A DNA stretch of 63,819 bases, filler included, from Reticulomyxa filosa (Eukaryota; Protista; Foraminifera): NCBI GenBank assembly GCA_000512085.1. It is 22 parts of 22 records of this genome, joined end to end, with 100 filler letters (N's around TTAATTAATTAA, not from the genome) between each part and the next. Parts side by side here need not be neighbours in the genome. Positions count along the whole stretch, not along the records: positions 48,923 to 54,381 come from ASPP01026244.1; positions 54,482 to 58,496 come from ASPP01021020.1; positions 58,597 to 63,819 come from ASPP01010671.1; 19 more parts are not named here. The stretch is one strand, 5' to 3'. The notes below the pieces were generated by a model. That model worked only from the letters and a program-made list of their open reading frames with translations, had not been told where the DNA came from and did no database searches. The translations under genes were made by a program, and so were the position numbers. Below are positions 52,044 to 63,819 of this stretch, piece by piece. Every line of letters begins with the position of its first letter. The stretch's first letter is position 1.

Positions 52044-54330
52044 TTATAAATTCTCTCTGGGACGTTGACTGTCTCCCAATTGGCATACCTTGTTTGGAAT
52101 CGCTTCATCCGCGACCAATTTCCACAACTCATATAATCTCAAATTACTCAAAGACATCATATATTTTTGACTTATATCACTTTCTCCATAACGATTCAAA
52201 TATGGACTATTGAATACGACTGTTGCATGTTCGTACAGTAACAAAATGGTGCAGTCTTGTAACAACAAGAATATTCCTTTTCCTTGTCCGCAATGTTTTG
52301 AATGAATTGTCAATATCCCTTTCTGGTTACGACGACACTCAGTGCACAAGAACGCTCCGCAAAAGAGGCAAATTGCACTTTTGCATGAAACGTGCCCACT
52401 AGAGCATTTGGGGTCACACATTTCCTGTAATTTCCCGCCCCCCATTGAACCAAAAAGAAAAAAATCTGTTGACAAAAAGGAGATAGATAGACAAATAGAT
52501 AGATAGATAGATAGATGATAACACAAAAAGATAGTCTCAACTCTGAAGAGGACATCACATGTTCGTGGCAAAGTTACCAAAGAAATTGGAAGAATCGAAT
52601 CCATGTCTCTGGTAGATAAAATATGACGACATTGCCCTTGTGTCAGTCCTCCCAAGAACGTTTGGGTCCAACAGTGCATAATGCATAAAACGCCACTCAA
52701 CGCTTGTGTTGAAATTGGATATGGTTCGCAGGACTCGTCTGCGGGATTTGTTCCAAAGCAATGCATTACATAGGTCTCAATGGTCGGCAAAAAGAGTGCC
52801 TCGCAAATGGAGTCGCATTCAGTCATTACCTTTTCCAATTGAAACACAGACCAGTCTTTGGCGAGTATGGCAGACAATGTGGTGTTGTCCACGGAGAGAC
52901 AGCTCCACAGCAGATCCAAGTCCAATTCGATGAGGCCGCACGAATACAATAGCATATAGCATTTGCGTAAAAAAGGTAGAACAAAGAAGTACAAACGTTT
53001 CATAACGCTTTTCCTGCTTCCTTCTTCGTGCAGCTTGTACGGCAGTAGAGTGATCCCCTCCTCTACTTGCTCGCGACTTTCATCCGTGCTCGTGCTCGTG
53101 CTCGTGCTCTGCGTCGGGATATCGCCGAGTAGCACTTGCAAGATTTTCCACAGGTAACAACCCAGCAGCGCGTGATGGATGTCGTTGACAGTATTGCTCG
53201 CACGAATGTCATGCATGACGTTTGCGTCTACTGCCACATCGTCGAGTCGGTGCAAATAAAAAAGATAGGGATGTGTCAAAAACGCTCTCACCAACACGTG
53301 AAAGGGCTCTTGCGTGTTCAACACTTCGTCATAGTCTTTACTATCGCTGGACTGATGTGTATTTGACAGTTACAAGAGATTCATTGCAAACAAAAAATAA
53401 AGAGATATCTAATTTTTTTAATAATAATAATAATACGTATACGTAATGTATCTAAAAAAAAAAAAAAAAAAAAAGTGAGAGTAGGGAAAAAAAAAAAAAA
53501 AACAAACATACATCAGAAAAAGAAATATCAGTTGAATATTGATACCACCGAAAAGTGAGGATAAACACTTCCAACTACTTTGAATAAGTGCGTTCATCCC
53601 GTGATAGTCAAATACAAAATCATTGGAACCAGTCTTTGCCCCGAAAAAGTGTGTTGCAAATAGCTTCCAAATACTTGACACAGCGGTGTTGTTGAGCTGC
53701 AATTGGAGTGGCAATTTCGTGAGAATCTCTTTGCGATGACAGCTTCGAAACCGAGCTTCCAATGAACTGATACTGTGAGCTGCAATGTCGCACAGCATCG
53801 ACGGAAGCAGCTTTTCTCTTAATTCAAATGAAGTGTTTTGTTCTTTCAACCACCCAAATTCATTTGCACTAGGGGTATCTTCATTCAGGTGATACAACAC
53901 GTTTTCCAATCGATCGAAATGTTGTTTTTGCATTTCACGGTCTTTGCTTTCTTCATTGAGCGAAAAAACTTTTTTTTGATTGTATTATATGTACATGTAT
54001 TATATGTTGTTGCGATTTTTGCGATTTTGCGCAAGTATTATTTTTTAAAATTAAAATAAAAAAAATAAAAATAAAAATAAAAAGTTCAAAACGAAGATTG
54101 TGGTCAGTGTCATCGATATCTTCTTCTTGATCGTTGATGAAAGGCAGACATGAAAAATGTTCAATCTGCCAGACAATCATGTTGTTTTCACCGCAAGTGC
54201 GTAGTGTCTTTGCTTCTAACTCTGGCCTTCGATATACTGTCCCCAATGGCAACAAAAAGTTGGACAAAGTCTATTTGTTTTTGTGTGTTGAGCATTGTGT
54301 CAAAATATGCCTGTTCTCTATCTGCAATTG
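52044..54330 (-). CDS. UBR1/UBR2/PRT6-family N-recognin E3 ubiquitin ligase, C-terminal exons, 5'-partial
   Basis: AICLFCGAFLC...LTIHSKHCGQGKGIFLLLQDCTILLL...SPYLNRYGESD is the conserved UBR C-terminal signature. Also LPFLRKCYML and ISSLEARFR. Confidence 0.88.
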
Positions 54331-54481
54331 TTCAAACAGCGTGTTGTTTGTATGTGTATGTGTATGTGTATGTGTATGTGTNNNNNNNNNNNNNNNNNNN
54401 NNNNNNNNNNNNNNNNNNNNNNNNNTTAATTAATTAANNNNNNNNNNNNNNNNNNNNNNNNNNNNNNNNNNNNNNNNNNNN

Positions 54482-54998
54482 TTGCATTCATTTCTTCACT
54501 TGCTGCTACTGTGTGCTCTTCTCTTGTTCAACAGCCGCGGATGATCCAATGTTATTGGAGTTGGCCGGCATAAAAACTTTGATCCGGGTATTAGAGCGCA
54601 ACAAGCGAACAATAAATTTGGAGCGCGACATTGAGGAAATGATGCGGTTTGTGGAAGCAATGCCCGATCGTGAAATAGTAATAATGCAAGTCGCACGACA
54701 CTTGGCTATGACAACGCCTTACAAGTACTTTATCACTGGAAAACATCGTCCGCAAAGTATGATACCACAATTGCCGGAAAATGACAACCGCGATCCAAAC
54801 AATCCCTATGTCATACTTGAACTGTTTGCTAATAAATTATTGGAGGAATGGGTTGGATCCATTTTCAATACTTATGGCAAGAGCACAACGACAAGTGTGA
54901 GAGCGGCACTTGAAGACGATGTCATTGCTCAAGTGAGACCTTCCAACGCAGCGCGGCTCATTGTGAACTGTGTTTGGGGCCTCGACGGTTACATCTGA
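54482..54998 (+). CDS. Hypothetical protein, C-terminal part
   Basis: Open, compositionally normal frame of at least 161 codons ending VWGLDGYI. No motif recognised. Confidence 0.6.
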
Positions 54999-55335
54999 AA
55001 AAAAAAACTCATTTAAAGCGTAACATTTTATTCTCTCCCAAGTTTTGCCAGTTAATATACTGGACAATGGTTTGGAGTGTTCAAAATCACTAATTGTACA
55101 ATAACAGAAAGGTCATTTGTTTTGCTACTGACGTTACAAATACACGTTTTATTGGAACGTATTTGCATTTTGTGTAGAAGTGATATCATTCTTTTTTTTG
55201 CTCAGATGTTAAAAAAAACATTTTATGCTTCAGTAACTGAAATATCTAATTCACCAATCAAAGTTACGCTTGTTACACGTGTTCAAAAAACTAAAGTCGA
55301 ACAAAGCCTTTTTTTCCCCTGAGCTGTATTTCGAA

Positions 55336-55932
55336 ATGACCCAGGAAATAAGCGAAAAAGAAGACGAGAAAATAACTGCAACCTCTTCGCGCCCCAAGGT
55401 GGGACTTGGTTGTTTAATTTTACGGCGAAACAAGCAAACAGATAAAGTGGAGTTTGTGATCGGACAAAGGATTGGGAAGCACGGTGCAGGGTTTCACGAG
55501 TTACCTGGGGGACACTTGGAATATGGCGAAACCTGGGGAGAGTGCGCATCACGAGAAGTAAAAGAAGAAACAGATCTGGAAATATCACCACAAGAGTGGA
55601 AATTTTCCTTTGTCTCAAATGCATTGATTCCAGCCAAAAATCCACAAAAGGATCCTCCTTTGCATTACATTACCATCATTGTTCAAGCATTTTATGATGG
55701 CGACAAAGAGCCCAGACTCATGGAGCCTTTAAAAACAAAAGGTTGGCAATGGCTGGAATGGGGAGAAAAAGCTAGACAAAAGTTTTCCAAAAATGAGTTT
55801 TTTGAATGTTTGGGAGATGTTGTGTATTCAGACTCATTTGATCCATCCACTCATCCACAAAACCACGGCGCTGTGTGCTCTGTTGACAGAATTGCTTGTG
55901 AGAAGCAAGAGGACAATAACAGTAAGAACTAA
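55336..55932 (+). CDS. Nudix hydrolase, NUDT15/MTH2-like
   Basis: RPKVGLG...RIGKHGAG..ELPGGHLEYGETWGECASREVKEETDL (Nudix box), HYITI and EPRLMEPLKTKGWQW. Intronless. Confidence 0.92.
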   Translation: MTQEISEKEDEKITATSSRPKVGLGCLILRRNKQTDKVEFVIGQRIGKHGAGFHELPGGHLEYGETWGECASREVKEETDLEISPQEWKFSFVSNALIPAKNPQKDPPLHYITIIVQAFYDGDKEPRLMEPLKTKGWQWLEWGEKARQKFSKNEFFECLGDVVYSDSFDPSTHPQNHGAVCSVDRIACEKQEDNNSKN

Positions 55933-56389
55933 AGGAACTTATTATTTTTTGCTCTTTTAAATTACTCATTTTTTCAATACTAAAAGAATTGTTATTTAAC
56001 AAAAAAAACTTACTGATGTTATCAACAAAACATTTTCTTTGCAAAATTTTATCAATGTACAAATTAGGTAAGCCATGTAATATTACTCAGTTTGAAATTT
56101 CCAAGAAATTTCTCAAGCATTTTCTTTTTTTTTTTCTAAAACGCTGTGACCAAATAGAGATGTTTTAAGAGAAAAGTTTAGGCGAATGTATCATGGCCAT
56201 ATAAGTTAAGAAAGATATCATTTATTATATAAAAAGAGATAAAATGAAGAAACAAAACGTATGTAAAAAATACCAATATTTTTTTTGTTTTACACGTGAG
56301 CACCGAAGTATCAGTAGAATATTCATTAATTTCAATGTATAGTGCCTTCCAGAAAGATTACCGAACTTTTCCCCCCTTCACAGAAAACA

Positions 56390-58150
56390 ATGAAGCGTCT
56401 TTTTTTGTATGTATATTTACATACTTTATTTTTTGAAATTTTTGGTCGTTGTATTATCATCCCTCAATCCTTAGTTCCAGATAATGCTTTGTATCCAACG
56501 CTACCTGAGGATTTGGCACAGCAACTGAAAGAAATAGAGGAGAACGTGCAATCCATACTGACCGTCAACAACGCAACCGGCATTGGTGTTTATTATAACT
56601 ACGTATACGATCAGCAGACAATCTACAATGCTTCGTTTGGATATGTTAACCCATATAACAAATCGCTAGGTAAGCCCGACGGCGACAATATATTTCGAAT
56701 TGCCAGCATCACAAAAGTATTTACCGATTTAATGCTATTTCAAATGCACGAATCTCCAGGCACACCATTTTCTATGAATGACTACGTCAATCACTATGTT
56801 GACTTCCATCCCAAGCGTCCACCCAATGCACAAACCGATGTAAACATCACATTCAAAATGCTAGGGTCGCACATGGCAGGACTGTGGAACCATCCACCAT
56901 GCAATCGAGATGAAGAGTTTTCTTTTTTTTATTTTTTGGTAAATTTTTAAAAAGTCAAAACAATGTTATTGCTATTATTTTGTGATGGGGGGGGGATCAC
57001 GATAAAAAAAAGCTTATGTGATTTTACAACTGGGGAAATGTTGGGACGTATAAACAAGTATTCGTTGATAATTCCATCAAATTTGTATCCAATTTATAGT
57101 GACTTATCGTTTGATTTGTTGGGAAATGTGCTTGCTGAAATAAATGGGACGGTGGAGAGTTGGAGTGCGTACATTGACAAATATATAACAAGTCCATTAG
57201 GCATGCGGAACAGTGGAAATACGTATACGGAGGAGTGAAGCAGCAAATGTGCGTTGGCATGTTAGCAGGTGTAAAATCACCGATTGTGGAATTGTATTGG
57301 GATAGTCCGAGTGGACAAATGTATTCTACCCCTAATGACATTGCATTATTTTTAAAATGGCTATTTGCAAATGTTGATTACCACACATCATCGATTCAGA
57401 GTGACATACATGTATTGTCAAAACAAACTTTAAGTGAATGGATGCAACCTGTATATACTCAGCATCAAAATCCAGGCAGAAGTGCTTGGGGAATGCCGTG
57501 GGAATTTGTTTCCTTGGAAAACATTGACATTCATACTAAGTCAGGTAGAGGCAGCATGCCTCTTTTTTTTGTTAGTCCGTAATGAATACTATGAAAAAAA
57601 CATACTGACAGGCGCGATAGAAGGATACAACAGTATGTTATATTTTTCGCCCTTGATGAAATTTGGTGGTGTAGCTTATTATGCTGAAGGAGGACTGACA
57701 AATAACCCAATTTGGGGGGATGTACTAAATGAGATTTATAAAGCATTCGATATTATGATTAACTATTTGTCCAACAATAACTTAACGCCAGTGTACCCGT
57801 CGTATGTTGATGCAATCGTTGGAGTTTATCAATCAATGTGGGCCAACGTCGCTGTAAATATGAGTGTGCAGTGGTTTCAAAAAGATCATAATAACGACAA
57901 CAGCAAATTCGTAGGAATTTTGACTGATGATGATAATTCTTACTATCGCTTGGTTTGGGATAATCGTCCCATTAGTGGAGGAAATGATAGCATTGTTTTT
58001 TATTTGGAAACTATTGGAAACAATTCTTGCGAAGCTACAGGAGGAAATATGGAGGTTTTGTTGGAAAAAGATCAAGACACCATTCTAGGATTTTACTCTC
58101 CATCATATTGGACTTTGCATGGCCCAAGGTTTTGGACTAAAGTTGCTTAA
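56390..58150 (+). CDS. Secreted serine beta-lactamase/penicillin-binding-protein-like hydrolase (LACTBL1/AmpC-like)
   Basis: FRIASITK (SxxK), LGSHMAGL, YSDLSFDLLG, ITSPLGMRNS, PSGQMYST and HTKSG|AIEGY. Introns 56917-57012 and 57545-57611. One-base frameshift near 57234. Hydrophobic N-terminus. Confidence 0.88.
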
Positions 58151-58659
58151 ATTGTTTATAAACATTTTTGCAAAAAAGTTCAATAGAATATATTCAATCA
58201 TAAAAACTGATGCTACAATCACATCGCAGGTGGCACATTGTACAAATATTTGTCAGTTGATTATTTTAATACTAACAAAATATAACACTTTATAATAATT
58301 TTCGACTTGTTACATAAGTTGTTTTTAGAATTGATTTAGATCGGATAATACAAGATTCTACATATTAAATATTTGAAGTTCATTTTAGAATATGTATTTG
58401 TAGTTATATAATAATTAACAAACAAAACTAAAAATAACTTATTGTCGACTAAAGATATACAGTAGATTGCAAAAAAAACTGCCATACCTAAATGGCNNNN
58501 NNNNNNNNNNNNNNNNNNNNNNNNNNNNNNNNNNNNNNNNTTAATTAATTAANNNNNNNNNNNNNNNNNNNNNNNNNNNNNNNNNNNNNNNNNNNNTATA
58601 TATATTGTTATCATTTTGTATTTAGTGAGACCATTTATCTCAATATATACACATACATA

Positions 58660-59733
58660 TGTAAGAGTGACTCCAAAAGTGTAACTTTCTTTGGCCTCCA
58701 AATACCAATCATAACTAAGACTAAAGTCACTCCAAAGTCTTTTGACTGGGTCTCGCAACAAAACAAAAATTTTGAATTGAAAGAGGTGAGAGACCATAGC
58801 CGGAGTAAAGAAATGGATGTAATACAACAATGAGATAGCAGTGGACGGGGAAGTCAGATAAGTGGGCGATTTTTCAAAAAAAAATTGCATAATTCGATTG
58901 ATTTTGGAGACTTGACCTCTGGTCAAAAACATGTATCTCAAATAGTCTGCAAACGAACACAGAATGGGCAATTGCAGATCTTCTTTTTTTTTTTAAGCAA
59001 ATGACGAGAAATGGAGCCAGTAGCATTGGCCAAAGTCCCGACGGAGGCAGCGATACTGCTATTGAAAAAGGCCTGACAACTATCCCAATAATGGATTTCA
59101 TTGAGCACAATTCCAGGAGTATAGGTCGCAGATGTTATTTGCTGTACATATTGCCGAAACGATGACGTCCCACATTTTTTGCAACCTAGACCGACGATGA
59201 GTGTTTTTGGCATACGTATCGAAAAGTTTACGTGCATTGCTTCGTTCAATTTATGCAGCTTTGATTGTGTGTCAATGGGATAATACTCCTCCAAAAATTC
59301 GTCTTTCATTGCATACAATCGTTTTGTAAAGAATGTATTTATTCCGTCTTTGTCTTTTGCAAACACAAACTCATCACGGCTTTCAAGCTTTTGTTTATTA
59401 TCTGGCTCCGATCGGTCGGACTGAATCAATGCTGATGTCTTTGATTGGTTGTCACTCAAGGCAGAGCCTGACTTCTCATTCGCAGATATGAGCCACGTGT
59501 TCGCGCCTGCCGTTCTGGTGTCCATGTACCATATTAGCAATCCTGCCACCAGCACAAATATCAAGAACAGTAGTACTTTTCGATACACCGAGTGCACACT
59601 TGGCTGAGTGTCTTTCCAAAAACAAACCAAATCCCAAACACCCTTGTCCAAATAAAAATTTTAGTGAAAAGTGAATATATGAAAGAAAATAATAAAGAAA
59701 GGAAGGACCTGAATGAGGTGATTGGAGTTGCAT
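58660..59733 (-). CDS. Type II membrane sulfotransferase (heparan-sulfate 3-O/N-sulfotransferase-like), 3'-partial
   Basis: TM anchor VLLFLIFVLVAGLLIWY, 5'-PSB GCKKCGTSS, EIHYWD, FEKSPTYL and 3'-PB LLRDPVKRLWS. Frameshift in the T-run near 58985-58994. Start tentative. Confidence 0.85.
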
Positions 59734-60101
59734 GTCCTTGAATGTGACTTCAATTTTTTTTTTTTAAACGAACCACAGTTTCAGGTTCAAATTCGGCATA
59801 TAATTGCTCTTTTTCGACAAAAAAGGTACAATCACAACTGCAATCATTCGAAAGATAGTAAAAGCGCTGCGGTTGTCCAAAAAAATAATCAGAGGCGCAT
59901 TTTTTCTTGTTTTATTTTAGTTGTTACGTTTTTTTTTATGAGCTATGGAGTTAAATTTTAAAGAGACTGTTTACTGCAAATCTCTTGTCAAAGCTTTCCA
60001 TTTATTGGCTAACAGTACTATTTTTGGAGTTAGTTGCTCGCCCTGTTTGCGGTGAGCGAGGGTAAAAACAAAAACTTTTTTTTTTGGCAAGAAAGAAAGC
60101 C

Positions 60102-61252
60102 ATGGCTACAGCATCACCAACACCAGCACCGGCAGCAACACCAGCGCCAGCACCTCCAAAGCCAAAGAAGTTACAAGATCGCAGTCCAGCATGGAAGCAC
60201 TCGAGACCATTTCTGTTGGGCGGATTAGCAGGAAGCTCAGCAACGATATGTATCCAACCGATCGACATGGTCAAGGTACGTATCCAATTACAAGGAGAAG
60301 GCACCGGAAAAGGAGTGAACCGCAATCCTTTCAGTGTTGGACGTGAATTGATCGCAAAAGAGGGATTTTTCAGTTTATACCGTGGTTTGTCAGCCGGAAT
60401 TGTGCGTCAATTGACCTACGGGACAACTCGTTTGGGAGTATATCGAACTTTGACCAACCATTTCACTCCGCCTGGTTAGTAGTTGATTTTTTTTTTTTTT
60501 GGAAACTTTCGGAAATTTTCTAAAAAAAAAAACGAAAAATAAAATAAAATAGGCGGCAGTGCAGCAGATATTTCATTTTTGCACACTTTGGGTATGTCCA
60601 TTGCAGCAGGTGGCCTTGGAGCATTGGTTGGCACACCAGCTGATGCCGCTCTGATTCGCATGCAAGCAGACGCGACATTGCCTGAAGCACAACGACGTGG
60701 ATACCGCAACGTTTTTGATGCTTTATGGCGCATGGCGAAGGAAGAGGGATTGAAGGGCTTTTTCAGTGGTGGTGGACCAACTGTCGCTCGAGGATTAGTC
60801 ATTAATGTTGGTATGTCCAATTTTAGGCTAGCTTTTTTTTTTTTTTTTGTAAAGAGCGAGTTTTTTTTTTTCTTAAAATGATGTTCCTTCTGTTTTTGCG
60901 AAAAGGTATGTTGACGACTTACGACCCGACCAAGAAATATTTGACACCTTATTTGGGTGATGGACAAACAAATCGGTTTGCCAGTGGCTTTGTTTCTGGC
61001 TGGTGTGCAGCTACGCTGTCATTGCCTTTTGATTTTATCAAAACCCGCATTCAAAAGATGAAACCGGACAAAGAGGGCAAACTGCCTTATAGTGGCTTTT
61101 TCGATTGCGCTGCCAAAGTTGCCAAAAATGAGGGTCTCTTAGCATTTTACAATGGGTATTTCACTTTTTGCGTGAGAATTATTCCTCACATCACCTTGAC
61201 CTGGGTTTTTATGGACAACTACGAAATTTTGTTCAAACAATACAACATTTAA
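60102..61252 (+). CDS. Mitochondrial dicarboxylate/2-oxoglutarate-malate carrier (SLC25A11/DTC-like)
   Basis: Three PxDxxKxR-type signatures: PIDMVKVR, PADAALIRMQAD and PFDFIKTR. In-phase GT-AG introns 60475-60552 and 60811-60905. Confidence 0.95.
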
Positions 61253-62032
61253 ACATGATGTATGACATTGTGATTGCTTATGTCCTCCCTCCGTGTAATG
61301 TGTTTGTGTTTCAATAAAATTTGTTGGTTGAATATGTGATTGGGAGAAAGAATTTTTCTTTATTAAAACAGGCATTTGCCGTTATGCAATTGTCTCTTTT
61401 TTTTCTGTCACTCTTGTGGCAAAAAAAATACGCGGCATCCCGCCCTTTTATCTGTTTTCAATTACATTTCATGACTAAATAACAACTTGAAAGAATACCC
61501 AGTATTGATGCAACAACGTAAAAAGTAAGTAAACAAAACGACGCATAAGTTTTAAATTTTTTGCAAAGTATGAGAACTTGTAGACTTACAATTTATCAAT
61601 TAAAATCGATAAAATCACCAAATTTTACAAATTTTTTGGTAATATTGTACGGATATTTCTTTTTTTGAGATATCAACAGACTTAGGTGTTTGCATTACAA
61701 AAAGAAAAATTTTCGAAAAATGTGCTCAATAAAAGTTAATTTCGAGTACCGTTAGGTAAAAAAGGGGAAGATTTAAGTGATAATTGTAAACAGTAGCTCA
61801 TTGCGTCTAATTCACAAAGCATCGTTATTATCTCTTGCAAAGATTTGTTAATTTGGGGACCATTGACTGCATCATTTCTTTCATGAAACGACTCCAAGGG
61901 AAAATCTTGCTTTGGACTAACCGTTTGGTTACTTGGCAGCTGCTCATCTTCTTCAGCTCTATGTGTGGAATGAGTTCCGTTCGATTTTTAGATCTCTATT
62001 TATTGAAAGCAAAAAAAAAACTTATTCCAATA

Positions 62033-62992
62033 TTACAATGTTGACGTCGTTGATGATTGCTCAAATCCAGAAGGTCTTTTTGTCGAAATCGAAAAATCGA
62101 CCTTACTTGGGCCGGGCTCGGTATCGAGGGTGGTGTTGGCTTCAGCGGTTTTTGACTGGGTGTGACAATCTGAAGGAACTGTCCAAGGTCTTTTATATGG
62201 AGCAGTGCCTAAATGTCCGTGGGACGTGTCAAAATAACACTTATTCAAAGTTGTTGCGATCTCATTTTGTACTGATCGCTTATCTTTATTATGCTTTGAT
62301 GTTGCACGAAGGCGTTGATAATGTTGTCTTCTCACAAATTCTAATCGTTCTTTGTGATATTGTAAGAATAACTCCGCTCTTGCAAGGACAAAACGATCGG
62401 TCAACGCTTCATAACTTTTGTTTAATTGTTGTTGTTTGAGTTGCAACTCATTAAAAATTTTGTGTTTAATCATTTGCTGATGATGCATTTTGTTAAGGCG
62501 TTCTATTTCAAGCCTTTTTTGTTTCACTAATGCTGCCTCTTTGAATCGGTTTTGTTTTGCCAATTCAAGTTCTTGTTGCCTTTCTTGCAAAGCGGCAGAA
62601 GATGGTCTGGATTTGAAATTTTCGGATTTATATTGAATGTGCAATAGATCTTGAAATTTTTCTAGTTCCTCTTTTGTGGTTTTTTGATAAGATGTCAATT
62701 CTGATTTCATTTTTCTGTTGAATTTTTCTATTTGATACCTCCATTTTTGTTCAAAGGAGCAAAACATATCATTTTGATTTTTCTCCAGTTCCAGTTGTTC
62801 TTTGCGATGAGACCAATTCAGATCCTTTATCTTTTTGCTTAAAATCATTGACTTCACTTCTTCAAGCTCCACTAATATTTGTTGAGCAATTTGATACTGC
62901 CCTGTTAGCTGAAAAAAGATTTTTTGTTGTTGTAGTCGAGTGATAATGCATTTCATTTCTGCTAAGTCTTCGGTTTTTTGCTTTTCGGACAT
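62033..62992 (-). CDS. Coiled-coil protein of unknown function (319 aa, intronless)
   Basis: Long E/Q/K-rich helical ORF with two UVR-like motifs (GQYQIAQQI; LAKQNRFKEAALVK). Confidence 0.75.
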   Translation of the reverse strand: MSEKQKTEDLAEMKCIITRLQQQKIFFQLTGQYQIAQQILVELEEVKSMILSKKIKDLNWSHRKEQLELEKNQNDMFCSFEQKWRYQIEKFNRKMKSELTSYQKTTKEELEKFQDLLHIQYKSENFKSRPSSAALQERQQELELAKQNRFKEAALVKQKRLEIERLNKMHHQQMIKHKIFNELQLKQQQLNKSYEALTDRFVLARAELFLQYHKERLEFVRRQHYQRLRATSKHNKDKRSVQNEIATTLNKCYFDTSHGHLGTAPYKRPWTVPSDCHTQSKTAEANTTLDTEPGPSKVDFSISTKRPSGFEQSSTTSTL

Positions 62993-63780
62993 TTTTGGAG
63001 GATAAAAACAAAAAACAGTTTAGGCGTGTCTTTTATCTTTAGGATTGTAATTTATGACATAAGCCTGTTATAATTGTGCAATTCGATTATTTTATGTGGT
63101 CATTAAAATGTAGTGTGAAAGGAGGCCTTTAATAAGAGTAATGACTTTCCCATAATTTTTTAAGAGGGGGATTGGTGTCGAAAGAACCACGTCTGAACAT
63201 TCTGTAGAAAAGCAGGCTATTTTTCCTTAATTGGCAAGGAAAACGGTCTCGTTAAAGCTTAATTTGCGTTAAATTGAGCAACAAATGTCAATTTTTGGAA
63301 ACTAGTAGTAGGAGAGGTTAGACAAGTAAAAAAAAAGACAATATATTTTTAATAGCGTCAAGGGTGTACTTTTTTTTCCCCCAATAGGTGATTTACATGT
63401 TTGCAAATAGGTCCAAACAACGACAACAACAATCACAACACTAGCAAAAACAAAGGCAGTGAAAGGAATCATGACGGAAGAATTTCTGTCAAAGATCTAA
63501 CGTTCTCAAAGCCATCAAATTCAAGAAACTTAAAATGGAGTCAATATTTGACAATGCACATCAAACCAAACTGTGTCACAATTGAGACTTGAAAAGCCAA
63601 AAAAAAAAAAAAAAAAAGGAGCAAAGAGAATGGGAACAGAGGAGAGGTGAAGAAAGGGAAGAGAAGAGAAGAGAAAGAGGGAAAAAAAAAACTTGTCTTC
63701 CAGTTATCTTTTTTAATTTATTATTTTTTTCCTCGCCTCTTTTTCTGTTTCTCCCCCCTTTTCCCTCCATTCTTTTTCAT

Positions 63781-63819
<39 letters not shown>

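Noticed and set aside
54482-61252. Nudix, beta-lactamase, sulfotransferase and carrier as a detoxification or biosynthetic cluster
   Set aside because: A linker at 58497-58596 splits the set, and the genes have unrelated, ordinary functions.
1-63819. rRNA, tRNA, CRISPR arrays, transposase or reverse-transcriptase ORFs
   Set aside because: None were recognised by eye. tRNAscan-SE, Infernal and RepeatModeler would be needed to exclude them formally.

Overview
This window is not one locus. It holds 22 short, unlinked assembly contigs joined by an artificial 100-bp linker (N44-TTAATTAATTAA-N44, stops in all six frames), so no neighbourhood across a linker is biological. Twenty contigs are AT-rich, intron-containing eukaryotic DNA. 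The WD40 family with the N-terminal 'IIEHWxRxLKIKLGWIKDFDK' exon resembles, from memory, the expanded family of the foraminifer Reticulomyxa filosa (inference, not searched). Two contigs (30764-31860 and 41313-42370) are GC-rich bacterial DNA: a LuxR-type regulator plus a secreted protein, and purT. Recognisable eukaryotic genes include an EH-domain plus tandem Tudor-like protein, a PEX26/APEM9-like exon, an N-myristoylated CAMK-type kinase, an ARM-ankyrin protein, a sulfurtransferase, four WD40 paralogs, a PH-domain protein, a MATE transporter, a Furry/Tao3-like protein, a UBR E3 ligase, a NUDT15-like hydrolase, a serine beta-lactamase-family protein, a sulfotransferase and a mitochondrial carrier. 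Decayed BET, RNF213-like, copine, OS-9-like and WD40 copies are also present. Many genes carry single-base frameshifts at homopolymers, probably sequencing errors. I found no convincing multi-gene novel system. The best unexplained signal is a roughly 2-kb compound repeat (purine-rich leader plus tandem 0.75-0.9-kb degenerate units) present on two unlinked contigs.
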